Below are positions 27,134-36,012 of a stretch of DNA of 59,112 nt, one piece after another. Made by a program: the position numbers and the translations under genes. A model generated the notes under the pieces. That model was not told the origin of the DNA, ran no database searches, and was given only the letters and a program-made list of their open reading frames with translations. This DNA comes from a virus (taxonomy: Duplodnaviria; Caudoviricetes): the IMG/VR virus record IMGVR_UViG_3300043256_000282, positions 1 through 59,112 of that record, one strand, 5' to 3'. How positions within the stretch are numbered: the first letter of the stretch is position 1; every line of letters begins with the position of its first letter.

Positions 27134-28509
27134 TGCAAGGCATTCATCTACGAAAATACGGGGTCGAAACAACAATTGACTTCGAGTTATACGAAGTTGA
27201 TGGCGTTGATCTTCGTGTCGATTGGGTTCCGCAAGCTGCCGATTGCGAAATAATGAAGGATGAAGGGGCCAGCACACAATGCGCGAACACAGCCACCGAC
27301 GAAGGTTCGACTTATTCAATCGTGCTGACCGCGACCGAAATGGAGGCTGCTCGGCATATTCTCAAGATTGTGGATTCGGCAACCGGGAAGGTCTTTCTCG
27401 ATAAGGTCATCAGTATTGAAACCTATGGCCATGCGAGCGCGCAGCACGCCTTCGATCTGAATACGGCGACACAGGATGTCAATGCCATCCAGATTTCCGG
27501 CAGTGCCACGGCCGCCGACAATCTAGAGACGCTTTACGATGGCGTGGAAGGATTCTACGGAGCCTACGCAGGCCCGCGAGGCCCTGGCGTCTATCTCAAT
27601 GATGCGGCCGGGAACACCAATACGGTCAACGGCGTTGACGGCACTCTGGCGAATCCCGTCTCCACGATCGCTGCGGCAAAAACCATCGCGGAGAGCCTCT
27701 TCAACAAACCTCGTATCTATCTCATCAACAATTCAGACGCGATTCTGGCCGCGGCGATGCCAGACTATGAGTTCGTCGGCATCGGTGAGATGATGGCGAA
27801 CACAATCGACCTTGGTTCGCGGGACGTTGACCATAGCCATTTCTTCAACGTATTGATTACCGGTGCCCAGGGTGGTACGCAGCGCTTCCAGGCTACCGGC
27901 TGTGTTCTTTTCGCGATTACCGGGATGGAGATAACGGCGTTAGCGTGTCTAATTGCCGATAACACCAGCCTCGTATTGCGTAATGACTGTGCCTTTGACT
28001 CTTGCTTCTCGGCAGTTGCCGGCGGCAGCACTCCCACTTTGAACATCAACTCCGTTGCGAATGTCAACGTCTACTTCCGGCATCATTCAGGTGGCATGCA
28101 AATTGACAATGCCGTTGCGACAACTGTCATCTCGTATGATTGTCCGGCTGGACAGCTTGTCATCGGCGCGACCTGCACGGACTTGACAATCGTTCCACGT
28201 GGCAATCTATCGCTTACGGATAACGGCACGTCAACAAATCTGGACCCGGACGCCGTGATGAACCGGACGAACGTGAACGCGGAGGTTGCCGACGTTCTAA
28301 ATACGGACGCCCAGCCCGAAGTAACTGCTGTCCCAGCTGCCAATGCCTCCTTGAGCGCCAAAGTCAATTGGATGTTCGCACAGGCGCGCAACAAGGGCCT
28401 GCAAACGAGCACCACCAAGACGTTGAGAAACGATGCAGACGATGCGGACATCGCCACGTCGGCTATCTCCAGCGATGGAACTACATTCACACGGAACAAA
28501 TGGATCTAA
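27133..28509 (+). CDS. Putative tail/adhesin protein with beta-helix-like region
   Basis: DGTLANPVSTIAAA motif followed by Asn/Thr-rich beta repeats. Confidence 0.6.
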   Translation: MQGIHLRKYGVETTIDFELYEVDGVDLRVDWVPQAADCEIMKDEGASTQCANTATDEGSTYSIVLTATEMEAARHILKIVDSATGKVFLDKVISIETYGHASAQHAFDLNTATQDVNAIQISGSATAADNLETLYDGVEGFYGAYAGPRGPGVYLNDAAGNTNTVNGVDGTLANPVSTIAAAKTIAESLFNKPRIYLINNSDAILAAAMPDYEFVGIGEMMANTIDLGSRDVDHSHFFNVLITGAQGGTQRFQATGCVLFAITGMEITALACLIADNTSLVLRNDCAFDSCFSAVAGGSTPTLNINSVANVNVYFRHHSGGMQIDNAVATTVISYDCPAGQLVIGATCTDLTIVPRGNLSLTDNGTSTNLDPDAVMNRTNVNAEVADVLNTDAQPEVTAVPAANASLSAKVNWMFAQARNKGLQTSTTKTLRNDADDADIATSAISSDGTTFTRNKWI

Positions 28510-28512
28510 GAG

Positions 28513-29838
28513 ATGGCTGACAACACTACACTTCCCGGCACTGGCGATGTATACGCTTCCGATGATCGAGGCGGTGTGAAGTTTCAGAAGGTTGTGGTTG
28601 AGTCGGAACTTGGTAGCCCGTCCGTCGATGCCTTCCATCGGTGGCGCGTTAGCAACCCGACGACATTATTCGATTCCAAGCTGATCAACCTCGATAATGC
28701 GCCCTTGTTCTGGGACGAACAACTTGATTCCGGCACGATGGCGACAACGACTCCGACCGCCGCTAAGCCGTACATCGACTTTACCAGTTCAAATGGAGTG
28801 GCGGGGCAGCGCACCCGTCAAACGTTCCGTCGGTTCAATTACCAACCGGGCAAATCTCAACTTATTCAGATGACCGGGGTCTTAGAACTCGCCAGCGGCG
28901 TGAAGACCGGGTGCGAGAGACGGATCGGCTATTTCGACGACGACAATGGGGCTTTCTTTGAAAGCGATGCTGGCACCATCGGTGTGACGGTACGAACGAA
29001 CGATTCCGGCTCCCCGGTAGATACTACAGTCGCGCAGGCCAATTGGAATCTTGATACTATGGACGGCGGCGATGATTCCGCCAACCCAAGCGGAGATACG
29101 GTCGATTGGACCAAGGCCCAGATTTTCGTCATCGACTTCCAATGGTTATCTGTCGGACGTGTAAGATTCGGTGTCGAACTCGGCGGGCATCTGCATTATG
29201 TCCATGAGGTCGTGCAAGCAAATACCGCTGCGATTCCGTGGGCCTCTACACCCAACTTGCCGCTACGTTACCAGATCATTGCAACAACGGATTCTGGTGT
29301 ATGCTCCATGCGCTGTATTTGCGCGGCGGTCACTTCCGAGGGAGGCACGGACGACATCGGCATAGTCCGGTATCGTTCAACAGCAGGGGCCGGGGTCACT
29401 ACCGACGCAGAAAATTCGCTTTTTGCCGTTGTTGGTATCAGACTTAAATCAACTCATATCGGCACAACCATCAAGATGCTCACGGCGGCGATTCAGGTGC
29501 ACACGGCGAACGAGTTTCTGGAATGGGTTCTGCTGTTCAACGCCACCGTGGCGGGCACGTTCACCTATGGCGATCTCACGAACAGTGCTATGCAGACGGC
29601 TCTTGGGGCTACGGCGAATACGGTAACGGGCGGCACCGAGATCGGGGGTGGATACGTCGAGACGGGTGGTGGGCAAAGCGCGCAGGGGTCAGGTGGTGGC
29701 GATTTGGATAATGCCTTGATGCTCGGTGTTGCTATTGACGGAACCACTTTGGATACCATTGTTCTGGCTGTGCGTCCAATCGGCGGTGTGTCGGCGGCGA
29801 TTGTGGAGGGGTCATTAACTTGGCGTGAGATCAGTTAA
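28513..29838 (+). CDS. Putative virion lectin-like structural protein
   Basis: DAFHRWRVSNPTTLFD, YQPGKSQ, IDFQWLSVGRVRFG: motifs typical of a phage structural family. Confidence 0.65.
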   Translation: MADNTTLPGTGDVYASDDRGGVKFQKVVVESELGSPSVDAFHRWRVSNPTTLFDSKLINLDNAPLFWDEQLDSGTMATTTPTAAKPYIDFTSSNGVAGQRTRQTFRRFNYQPGKSQLIQMTGVLELASGVKTGCERRIGYFDDDNGAFFESDAGTIGVTVRTNDSGSPVDTTVAQANWNLDTMDGGDDSANPSGDTVDWTKAQIFVIDFQWLSVGRVRFGVELGGHLHYVHEVVQANTAAIPWASTPNLPLRYQIIATTDSGVCSMRCICAAVTSEGGTDDIGIVRYRSTAGAGVTTDAENSLFAVVGIRLKSTHIGTTIKMLTAAIQVHTANEFLEWVLLFNATVAGTFTYGDLTNSAMQTALGATANTVTGGTEIGGGYVETGGGQSAQGSGGGDLDNALMLGVAIDGTTLDTIVLAVRPIGGVSAAIVEGSLTWREIS

Positions 29839-30071
29839 TGCCGCTGATCCCTCTATTCATTCAGAATGAAGTCGATGCGGGCGACGCCGATCTCTTGTCT
29901 GCGTTCAACTTCTGCAACCCCTTCGATCACATCCTCCCATTCGCGGACGGTATCGTCTCAGACCTGGACATGCAGCACTTGTGGGGGATGTCAACGGCAA
30001 TCGCAGCGGAGATCGTCGGGGCTCCTGGGGCCCTGGCCCCGAATCTGGCATATTGGTTCATCAAGACCTGA
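29838..30071 (+). CDS. Hypothetical protein
   Basis: TAATG overlap; last gene of the cassette. Confidence 0.6.
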   Translation: MPLIPLFIQNEVDAGDADLLSAFNFCNPFDHILPFADGIVSDLDMQHLWGMSTAIAAEIVGAPGALAPNLAYWFIKT

Positions 30072-30098
30072 CAGGAAATTCACAGGAAGCCCGACCGC

Positions 30099-30127
30099 TT
30101 GCGAAGGGCCGGGCCGGCTGGTAGATT
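30099..30127 (+). promoter_or_regulatory. Sigma70-like promoter
   Basis: TTGCGA-17 nt-TAGATT with an extended -10 TG. Confidence 0.6.
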
Positions 30128-30133
30128 GCCCCC

Positions 30134-30215
30134 GTGACACGGAATCGTCACTGATCGGCACGGACGCCGTGAGGCGGCGGCCGGGGAAATTCTCCTCCTC
30201 CCGATCGTCGCTTTT
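30134..30215 (+). ncRNA. Candidate CsrA-binding small RNA
   Basis: Hairpins gtgac-ACGGAATC-gtcac and cggc-ACGGAC-gccg, then a terminator hairpin with T-tract. Confidence 0.55.
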
Positions 30216-30272
30216 CAGAGCTGATCGAGAATCTTTGTTGACGGACTGGCGATCGAGCCGAATGAGCTTATA

Positions 30273-30353
30273 ATGACCCGGCGATCTGATTCATCTTGTC
30301 CCCCACAGCCGCCCACGCGCCACCTTGCCGGGTCATCGCGTCGGCGGTTTTTT
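30273..30353 (+). promoter_or_regulatory. Pseudoknot/terminator leader (attenuator-like), copy 2
   Basis: atgacccggc (30273-82) is complementary to gccgggtcat (30327-36) in the loop of agccgcccacgcg/cgcgtcggcggtt plus T-tract; TTGACG at 30238. Confidence 0.6.
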
Positions 30354-30367
30354 CATGCGCAGACATA

Positions 30368-30690
30368 GGGCCAGGATGCCCAACCCTCGCTCAGTAGGGA
30401 TAGCCTGTGAGACAGACAACTGAGCCGCCGATGATCTTGGCGTCGTTTGGATCAGTCTTGTTTTGAGGCCATGTCTTGAGTCGCCAGCACCCCTACCTGG
30501 CGCTCCGCCACCTGGCGGAAGCTCAGCGATCCCCTTGAAGCTGGAGTTCGCCTCACCTGAAATGGTTTGATGTGGATCGTGGGTGCGTCTGCCCGGCTCC
30601 GCCGTTTGCAGAATCGCGAACTCACCCTTAGAAAGCTGGGGGTGAATGCGCCAACCCTCACCACCGTTGCAGAGCGCCAAGAAAGATCGT
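30368..30690 (+). ncRNA. Candidate structured RNA or long 5' leader of the RRM gene
   Basis: Dense hairpins and long-range helices; no credible plus-strand CDS. Confidence 0.45.
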
Positions 30691-30776
30691 TCAATGCAGA
30701 ATAGGAAATCAAAAAAAGCGCAGCGCGTGTAGCGCCTTGTCTTACTCTTTCACTCTTTTCTTGAAAGGTCTTTGTC

Positions 30777-31028
30777 GTGACGAACATCTATGTCGGGAAT
30801 CTGAATTTCGAGACAAGCGAAACTGATTTGCGTGATCACTTTGCGCAATACGGTGAAGTGAAGTCGGTCAAGATCATCACGGATCGCGAAACCGGAAAGC
30901 CGCGCGGCTTCGCTTTCGTGGAAATGCCCAACGGCAGCGAAGGGCAAGCGGCCATCGACGAACTCGACGGCGTTGCGTTGAATGGTCGCGAACTGAAAGT
31001 CAACACGGCCAATCCTCGGAGGGATTGA
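30777..31028 (+). CDS. RRM (RNP-1) RNA-binding protein
   Basis: RNP2 IYVGNL and RNP1 RGFAFVEM. Confidence 0.97.
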   Translation: MTNIYVGNLNFETSETDLRDHFAQYGEVKSVKIITDRETGKPRGFAFVEMPNGSEGQAAIDELDGVALNGRELKVNTANPRRD

Positions 31029-31046
31029 TCTGACGTTTTCCTGTCG

Positions 31047-31083
31047 GCCGGCGTGGGGCGTGTGTGGCGTCCCCGCCGGCTTT
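31047..31083 (+). terminator. Intrinsic terminator after the RRM gene
   Basis: gccggcg(t)gggg...ccccgccggc followed by ttt. Confidence 0.6.
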
Positions 31084-31094
31084 GGAGATGAGCG

Positions 31095-31406
31095 ATGGCT
31101 GACCCAACACCAGTAGCGATGAGACTGGCCGAAGTTTCACTTGATGCGTCATTGAACGAACACGTCCTTGACATCGACGAGGACGGGAAAGTAACAAGGG
31201 TAGATCAACTTGCCATTGCCCATGCCCTCGACGACGCTGGGGTGAGAGAGGCGGTGAGCATGTTAGATCATTGTATCCGCAGTTGCATGGCTCTTGGCTC
31301 GACATTTGACGGTCCAGGGAAACGCTTTGCGGCAGCAATGCAGCAAGACCTCAGCTATACCCTCTCCGCCCTCACCGGGACACAGGAGACAAGTGATGGG
31401 GATTGA
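31095..31406 (+). CDS. Hypothetical protein
   Basis: GGAG RBS. Confidence 0.65.
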   Translation: MADPTPVAMRLAEVSLDASLNEHVLDIDEDGKVTRVDQLAIAHALDDAGVREAVSMLDHCIRSCMALGSTFDGPGKRFAAAMQQDLSYTLSALTGTQETSDGD

Positions 31407-31521
31407 TCACTGGACATGGGTTCATTGGTTCGTGGTTTTCTTCCTTACCTTCTCAGGTTTGTCCATCATCTGCGTGTACTTGCTTATGGGACAAACATAC
31501 AGAGGACGACGTGATGACTGA
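31396..31521 (+). CDS. Small membrane protein
   Basis: AGGAG RBS; one hydrophobic helix. Confidence 0.55.
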   Translation: MGIDHWTWVHWFVVFFLTFSGLSIICVYLLMGQTYRGRRDD

Positions 31522-31547
31522 CCTCACCACCCTTTCGGAGACAAGCA

Positions 31548-32399
31548 ATGAATGAGAATGACCAGCCCGCCCCGACCAGCAAGAGTATCCGCCTCATGTA
31601 TTGGATATTGGACGCCCCACCGGAGATCACGGCGATAGCTGAAGCCCTCGACTTCGATCGCATCGGCTTCGTGCGGCCATCTTTGTATACCAAGTGGAAC
31701 CCGAAGCGATTCGACGTAGAGTGGGCCCAGCAAAACTTGGAAAAGATCACGGCCGCGCTGGAGGGTGGGGAATGGATGGTTACGGACCTGGAGGGAGAAC
31801 CACGGCGGAGAGTTCGGTACCCAGACGAGTATGACGACGAGCCCGGCGAAGTGCGGCGGGCCGTCAAAGAATACCTGACAATGTGGAAATGGTTTCGCAG
31901 CCACTTCCCCAACCTCAAGTTGTCGGAATGGAATCTATCGCCGGGCGTTGATAGCGATCGGTTTCCGCTCGCCGAAAAGCTGGTGCTCAGTTCACTCGAC
32001 GCCATCGATATCTCGCTCTATTGGCGTCATCGCCCAGGTTGGCTCAACGGCCACCGGAAAGTGGTCGCACACGCCGTCGAACTCGGGCGCGCCCACAACA
32101 AGCCGGTCATCGTCTGGGTGTGGGAGCGGTACCTGGTTTGGAATGACGATCACACCGTCGCGGTGTACACGCCGGTCCCCCGCGAGGCGATCGATCAGAT
32201 GATCGGCCTGGCGATGACTGATGGCGTTGACATCGTCGCGCTATGGAGTAACACCTACGCGATCCTCGCCGCGAACAACCCGAGGAAGATCATCGCCGAG
32301 ACGGCCGGGCGTGATGCCGGCGACGATCCGCTGCCTGAGATCAACGCGAACAAGGTACGTCTTATGGCAGAGATGCGCCTACAGGCAGGCGCGGGATGA
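31548..32399 (+). CDS. TIM-barrel glycoside hydrolase, hyaluronidase (GH56)-like
   Basis: VTDLE (DxE), DAIDISLY, KPVIVWVW and GVDIVALW match the order and spacing of GH56-type motifs. Confidence 0.55.
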   Translation: MNENDQPAPTSKSIRLMYWILDAPPEITAIAEALDFDRIGFVRPSLYTKWNPKRFDVEWAQQNLEKITAALEGGEWMVTDLEGEPRRRVRYPDEYDDEPGEVRRAVKEYLTMWKWFRSHFPNLKLSEWNLSPGVDSDRFPLAEKLVLSSLDAIDISLYWRHRPGWLNGHRKVVAHAVELGRAHNKPVIVWVWERYLVWNDDHTVAVYTPVPREAIDQMIGLAMTDGVDIVALWSNTYAILAANNPRKIIAETAGRDAGDDPLPEINANKVRLMAEMRLQAGAG

Positions 32400-32428
32400 A
32401 AATGATGAGTTGAACAAGGAGCAATTCG

Positions 32429-32770
32429 GTGGTTGACATGGCAACAGCAACGAAGCGAGCCTGCTGCGACAGGCCACTGATCCCAACGATGAAGTTCAGC
32501 GGCGCCGAGTATTACTGCCGGACATGTAGGAATACCTACGGCATGATGGTCTGTCCCGAAGAAGTCGAGATGACAACCGAGATGCAAGCGCTGTTCGACG
32601 CCGACGTCAAGTGGTTCCGCGGCGCGTCGAAGGACTGCATACCCAGGGGTGCGCGGTATGGTGATTGTGACCAGTGCCAGCAGCATAACTGCGATGAGCC
32701 ACACTCGGACCATGCAGCCACGGACGCCCTTGAAAAGTCGGGCAGAGCATACGAGGCCTTGCTGGGATGA
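32429..32770 (+). CDS. Cys-rich hypothetical protein
   Basis: CC, CRTC, CDQC motifs; AGGAG RBS. Confidence 0.65.
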   Translation: MVDMATATKRACCDRPLIPTMKFSGAEYYCRTCRNTYGMMVCPEEVEMTTEMQALFDADVKWFRGASKDCIPRGARYGDCDQCQQHNCDEPHSDHAATDALEKSGRAYEALLG

Positions 32771-32773
32771 TGT

Positions 32774-33184
32774 ATGTCGGATGACTCAATGGAAGAGCGA
32801 GAAGGCTGGTCGGCCGCGATGGCCGCCTGGGAGGATTGGAAGGGCGGCGGCTATTCGACCTACGACGCGAGCATCATCGAGAGTTTATGCCTTTCTCTTG
32901 ACGAGAAGCCCGTCGTGGTCGATGGCCGACCGCTGAATACATGTTCGGTGATCCAGGAGTCGATCCAGGTCGCCATTGATTGCCGTGCCAAGTTTCGCAC
33001 GGCGAAAGGAGCGTTAGCGTATGCCAGAAAAGTCATCGAGACCGCCCGAGACGAACGGCGCCACCCAGCAGATCGGCCCGGAGCCGGAGCTTATAGCAAG
33101 CGACCGAGAAGTCGAACCGACGAACGCAGGAAACTTGGCCGACCCGATACGCCAGATCAGCGCCGGCGCCCGCCAAAATTCTGA
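32774..33184 (+). CDS. Hypothetical protein, possible replication-initiator-like domain
   Basis: Immediately upstream of the DnaC-like gene; LAYARKVIE resembles DnaD-type C-termini. Confidence 0.4.
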   Translation: MSDDSMEEREGWSAAMAAWEDWKGGGYSTYDASIIESLCLSLDEKPVVVDGRPLNTCSVIQESIQVAIDCRAKFRTAKGALAYARKVIETARDERRHPADRPGAGAYSKRPRSRTDERRKLGRPDTPDQRRRPPKF

Positions 33185-33812
33185 GCGCGCCGCCAGGGAG
33201 TTTGAACTACAACAAGCGCATCGGAAGCGACAAAAAACTGAGAGCCGCAAACGTGACTTGTGGCTGGCTGCGGAGGTGCCCCAGCGGTTCGCTAAAATGC
33301 CAAACTTCACGCGCGAACAATTGACGGCTTGTGAACGCATCATCGACTCGTTTGGGACCGGCGCGATTTGGGCCTTGCTTGGAGAGTGGGGCACCGGCAA
33401 GACTCAAATGGCCGCGTTCCTGATCCTCGTGGCCTGCAAGAATCTCCGGTCGGCCCGATTCACCACGGCGATCGAGTTCTTCGTTCGCCTGCGGAGCCCA
33501 TACTGCGACGGCTCCAGCCACACCGACGAGGCCGCCATCATCCGTCAGTTCACCGAATACGACCTGCTCGTTATCGACGATGCGCACGTCCGGGCCGAGT
33601 CAGACTTCGAGAACCGCTTATTGCATCACGTGATCGACAAGCGCCACGTGTCGATGCGCGAGACGATCTTGACGTCGAACCAATCCGAGGCGGTCTTTTG
33701 CGACACGATCGGGGGCGCGGTCATTGATCGGATGTGCGCCGCCGGCGGGGTGATTGAGTGCAACTGGTCGAGCTTTCGGGGGAAGGAAGAGGTGTCCGAT
33801 GGGTGTGCTTGA
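33021..33812 (+). CDS. DnaC/IstB-like AAA+ helicase loader
   Basis: Walker A GEWGTGKT, Walker B LLVIDD, VIDKR, TILTSN, IDR, WSSFR; exact start uncertain. Confidence 0.9.
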   Translation: MPEKSSRPPETNGATQQIGPEPELIASDREVEPTNAGNLADPIRQISAGARQNSERAAREFELQQAHRKRQKTESRKRDLWLAAEVPQRFAKMPNFTREQLTACERIIDSFGTGAIWALLGEWGTGKTQMAAFLILVACKNLRSARFTTAIEFFVRLRSPYCDGSSHTDEAAIIRQFTEYDLLVIDDAHVRAESDFENRLLHHVIDKRHVSMRETILTSNQSEAVFCDTIGGAVIDRMCAAGGVIECNWSSFRGKEEVSDGCA

Positions 33813-33990
33813 ACGTCAAGCAATTCTCGCTGCCATTGATAATGAAATCCTGCTGACGAGAAGGCAGAAGAAGGAACTTCGTCAATGGGCCAATGGTATC
33901 TTGATGCAAGTTGAGGCCGCAATTGGTATGCAGGTGATTCTGTGCGCAAGGCTGAATCGAAAAGTAGAGCGTGAGGAACGCGAGGCATGA
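33799..33990 (+). CDS. Hypothetical protein
   Basis: GAGG RBS. Confidence 0.55.
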   Translation: MGVLERQAILAAIDNEILLTRRQKKELRQWANGILMQVEAAIGMQVILCARLNRKVEREEREA

Positions 33991-34505
33991 GCGGCACCGG
34001 CACACGTCTATCGCTCGCCCAGGCGGAAATCATGGCCGCCGCGATCATCGAACAGATCGACGGCGAAGCGTACATCGTCGGTTCGATCCGCCGCAGAAAG
34101 CCCGAAGTCGGCGACATCGAAATCTTGGTCCACCGTGATGCAAAGATCAGTCTCGACGTCGGCGTTGGCCCTATGTTCCCCGGCGAGTATGAGACGTTGA
34201 AGGGCGGTCCGCACAAAACGGCGTCGGCGCCCTGGCGGTACTGGCAGCTTCGGCAGCGCAAGAGCGGCATCCACGTTGATCTGTTCCGCTTCGACGACTA
34301 CAACCGGGGCAGCATGATGCTGATCCGAACGGGACCAGCGGATTTCTCGCGTCGATTCGTGATGGTATTGCGGGATCACAATATGCGTCACGATGATGGG
34401 TACATCATTGAGATCGACAGTGATGACACCGTGCCTTGCCCGACCGAAGAATCAGCGTTCATCCTTGCGGGCCTTGACTACATCGAACCCGAGAAACGCC
34501 ATTGA
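33987..34505 (+). CDS. Minimal family-X DNA polymerase / nucleotidyltransferase
   Basis: GSIRRRKPEVGDIEILV, VDLF, RTGPADFS, TEESAF..GLDYIEPEKR. Confidence 0.88.
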   Translation: MSGTGTRLSLAQAEIMAAAIIEQIDGEAYIVGSIRRRKPEVGDIEILVHRDAKISLDVGVGPMFPGEYETLKGGPHKTASAPWRYWQLRQRKSGIHVDLFRFDDYNRGSMMLIRTGPADFSRRFVMVLRDHNMRHDDGYIIEIDSDDTVPCPTEESAFILAGLDYIEPEKRH

Positions 34506-34518
34506 CAGGAGACGAGCG

Positions 34519-34986
34519 ATGGCACATTTGGACTTGCCCCGACTTGAAGAACTTGAGAATTACCCTGTTCGGCTGAAAGACGGCGAATTCCCGATACTTC
34601 TAAGCATGGCCAAGAAACAACTTCTACAGCCACCCGCCGATACTGCCCGCGATCACAGCGTCAAGACATTGCAGGTGGCGCTGCAAACCGAGATGGAGAA
34701 TCTGCGCCAGTGCGCCGTGAAGCTGGCTGATTCAGATCGTCTCCGCAAACTGGCGGCAATGGACCTGGGTGCATCGGAAGCTCATTGCCAGTCGTTGATC
34801 CGTCGTCTGCAAGACTCGCTCGCCAAAGAAAAATCCATCCGTGAATGGCATGACGAGTTTAGAAGTGGAGTCGACGCCTGTATTGATCGTAAGGAATTAG
34901 GGCTCGGAGTCGCCCAGCACGTAACTCTGTTGCGATTGCAGGAAGCGCTCGACCCCGTAGTGCCTGTAGCTGCGCCTACCGAATGA
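34519..34986 (+). CDS. Hypothetical coiled-coil protein
   Basis: AGGAG RBS. Confidence 0.65.
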   Translation: MAHLDLPRLEELENYPVRLKDGEFPILLSMAKKQLLQPPADTARDHSVKTLQVALQTEMENLRQCAVKLADSDRLRKLAAMDLGASEAHCQSLIRRLQDSLAKEKSIREWHDEFRSGVDACIDRKELGLGVAQHVTLLRLQEALDPVVPVAAPTE

Positions 34987-35609
34987 GTTGGGAAGAACTC
35001 TATCGCATCCGGGTGTTCGGCGATCCGGTCGAGACGCCACGGCACCGGCACACCATCATGCCGACGGCGCAATTCGCTGAATGGCGAGAGTGCGACGATC
35101 CGGCTGCGTTAGGAACGAAGGAAGTCCTGAAACTGCTGTGGGTCCACACCTACGTTCCCAGCAAGGCCGACGCCTGGAAGCGCACTGTTCGATATCACGT
35201 CTTGCCATTCATGGCCAAGGCGTCGCCGATTGAAAGTCCGGTTCGCGTCGATATCGAATTCATCATGCCGCGACCCAAGGGCCACTACGGCACCGGCCGC
35301 AACGCCGGCAAGATCAAGGCATCATCGCCCTATCTGCACAGCGGCATCCCGGACAAAGACAATCTCGAAAAGGCGGTACTCGACGCGCTGAGTGCGACGC
35401 CGACCGTGACCAGGAGAAAACTTCCGCCGAAACACGCTAACGATCCGGTCTACAACTTTCCTGGGATTTGGCGGAATGACGGGCAGGTCTGCTCGGGCTT
35501 GGTCGAAAAGCGTTACCATCGAGACCTCGAAGAACCAGGGGCTATGATAGTGGTCTCGCGATGGGTCGAACAAACGGAATTGATCGGATGCTTCGGCGCA
35601 AGCAACTAA
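34983..35609 (+). CDS. rusA: RusA-family Holliday junction resolvase
   Basis: FIMPRPK, PDKDNLEKAVLDAL, WRNDGQV, KRY. Confidence 0.9.
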   Translation: MSWEELYRIRVFGDPVETPRHRHTIMPTAQFAEWRECDDPAALGTKEVLKLLWVHTYVPSKADAWKRTVRYHVLPFMAKASPIESPVRVDIEFIMPRPKGHYGTGRNAGKIKASSPYLHSGIPDKDNLEKAVLDALSATPTVTRRKLPPKHANDPVYNFPGIWRNDGQVCSGLVEKRYHRDLEEPGAMIVVSRWVEQTELIGCFGASN

Positions 35610-35718
35610 GAGGGCGACCGCCGAAGTAGCCCCTATGAAGAGCCGCGTTGTTCACTCAGCGCGGCTTTTCGAGTTGCGGACTCCGAATATCCGATTGACA
35701 TACTTGAAAGGAACGCGA

Positions 35719-36012
35719 ATGCCTAGGCAGAATAATAATTCCAAAGTAGATCGGTTAGCCCAACATATCCGGGGGATGCAACCGATCAATAATCTTCTCA
35801 TGAACCTTGCCTCCGGTGGTCCGTGCGAGTTGATTGACGAAAAGCCATTCCAGGGTACGTCAACTCCGGAAGGCGATGCGTGTCGGATACGCGCGCGCGC
35901 GCGTTATCTTCTTGACGTACTAGATTGCGAACACGAACCGAACCGAACACCGAGTTGTTGCGAGGATGCAGCCCAAGCCTATTACGATGCCTGGGAAGCC
36001 TGTCCAGATTGA
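35719..36012 (+). CDS. Hypothetical Cys-containing protein
   Basis: AAGGA RBS. Confidence 0.6.
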   Translation: MPRQNNNSKVDRLAQHIRGMQPINNLLMNLASGGPCELIDEKPFQGTSTPEGDACRIRARARYLLDVLDCEHEPNRTPSCCEDAAQAYYDAWEACPD

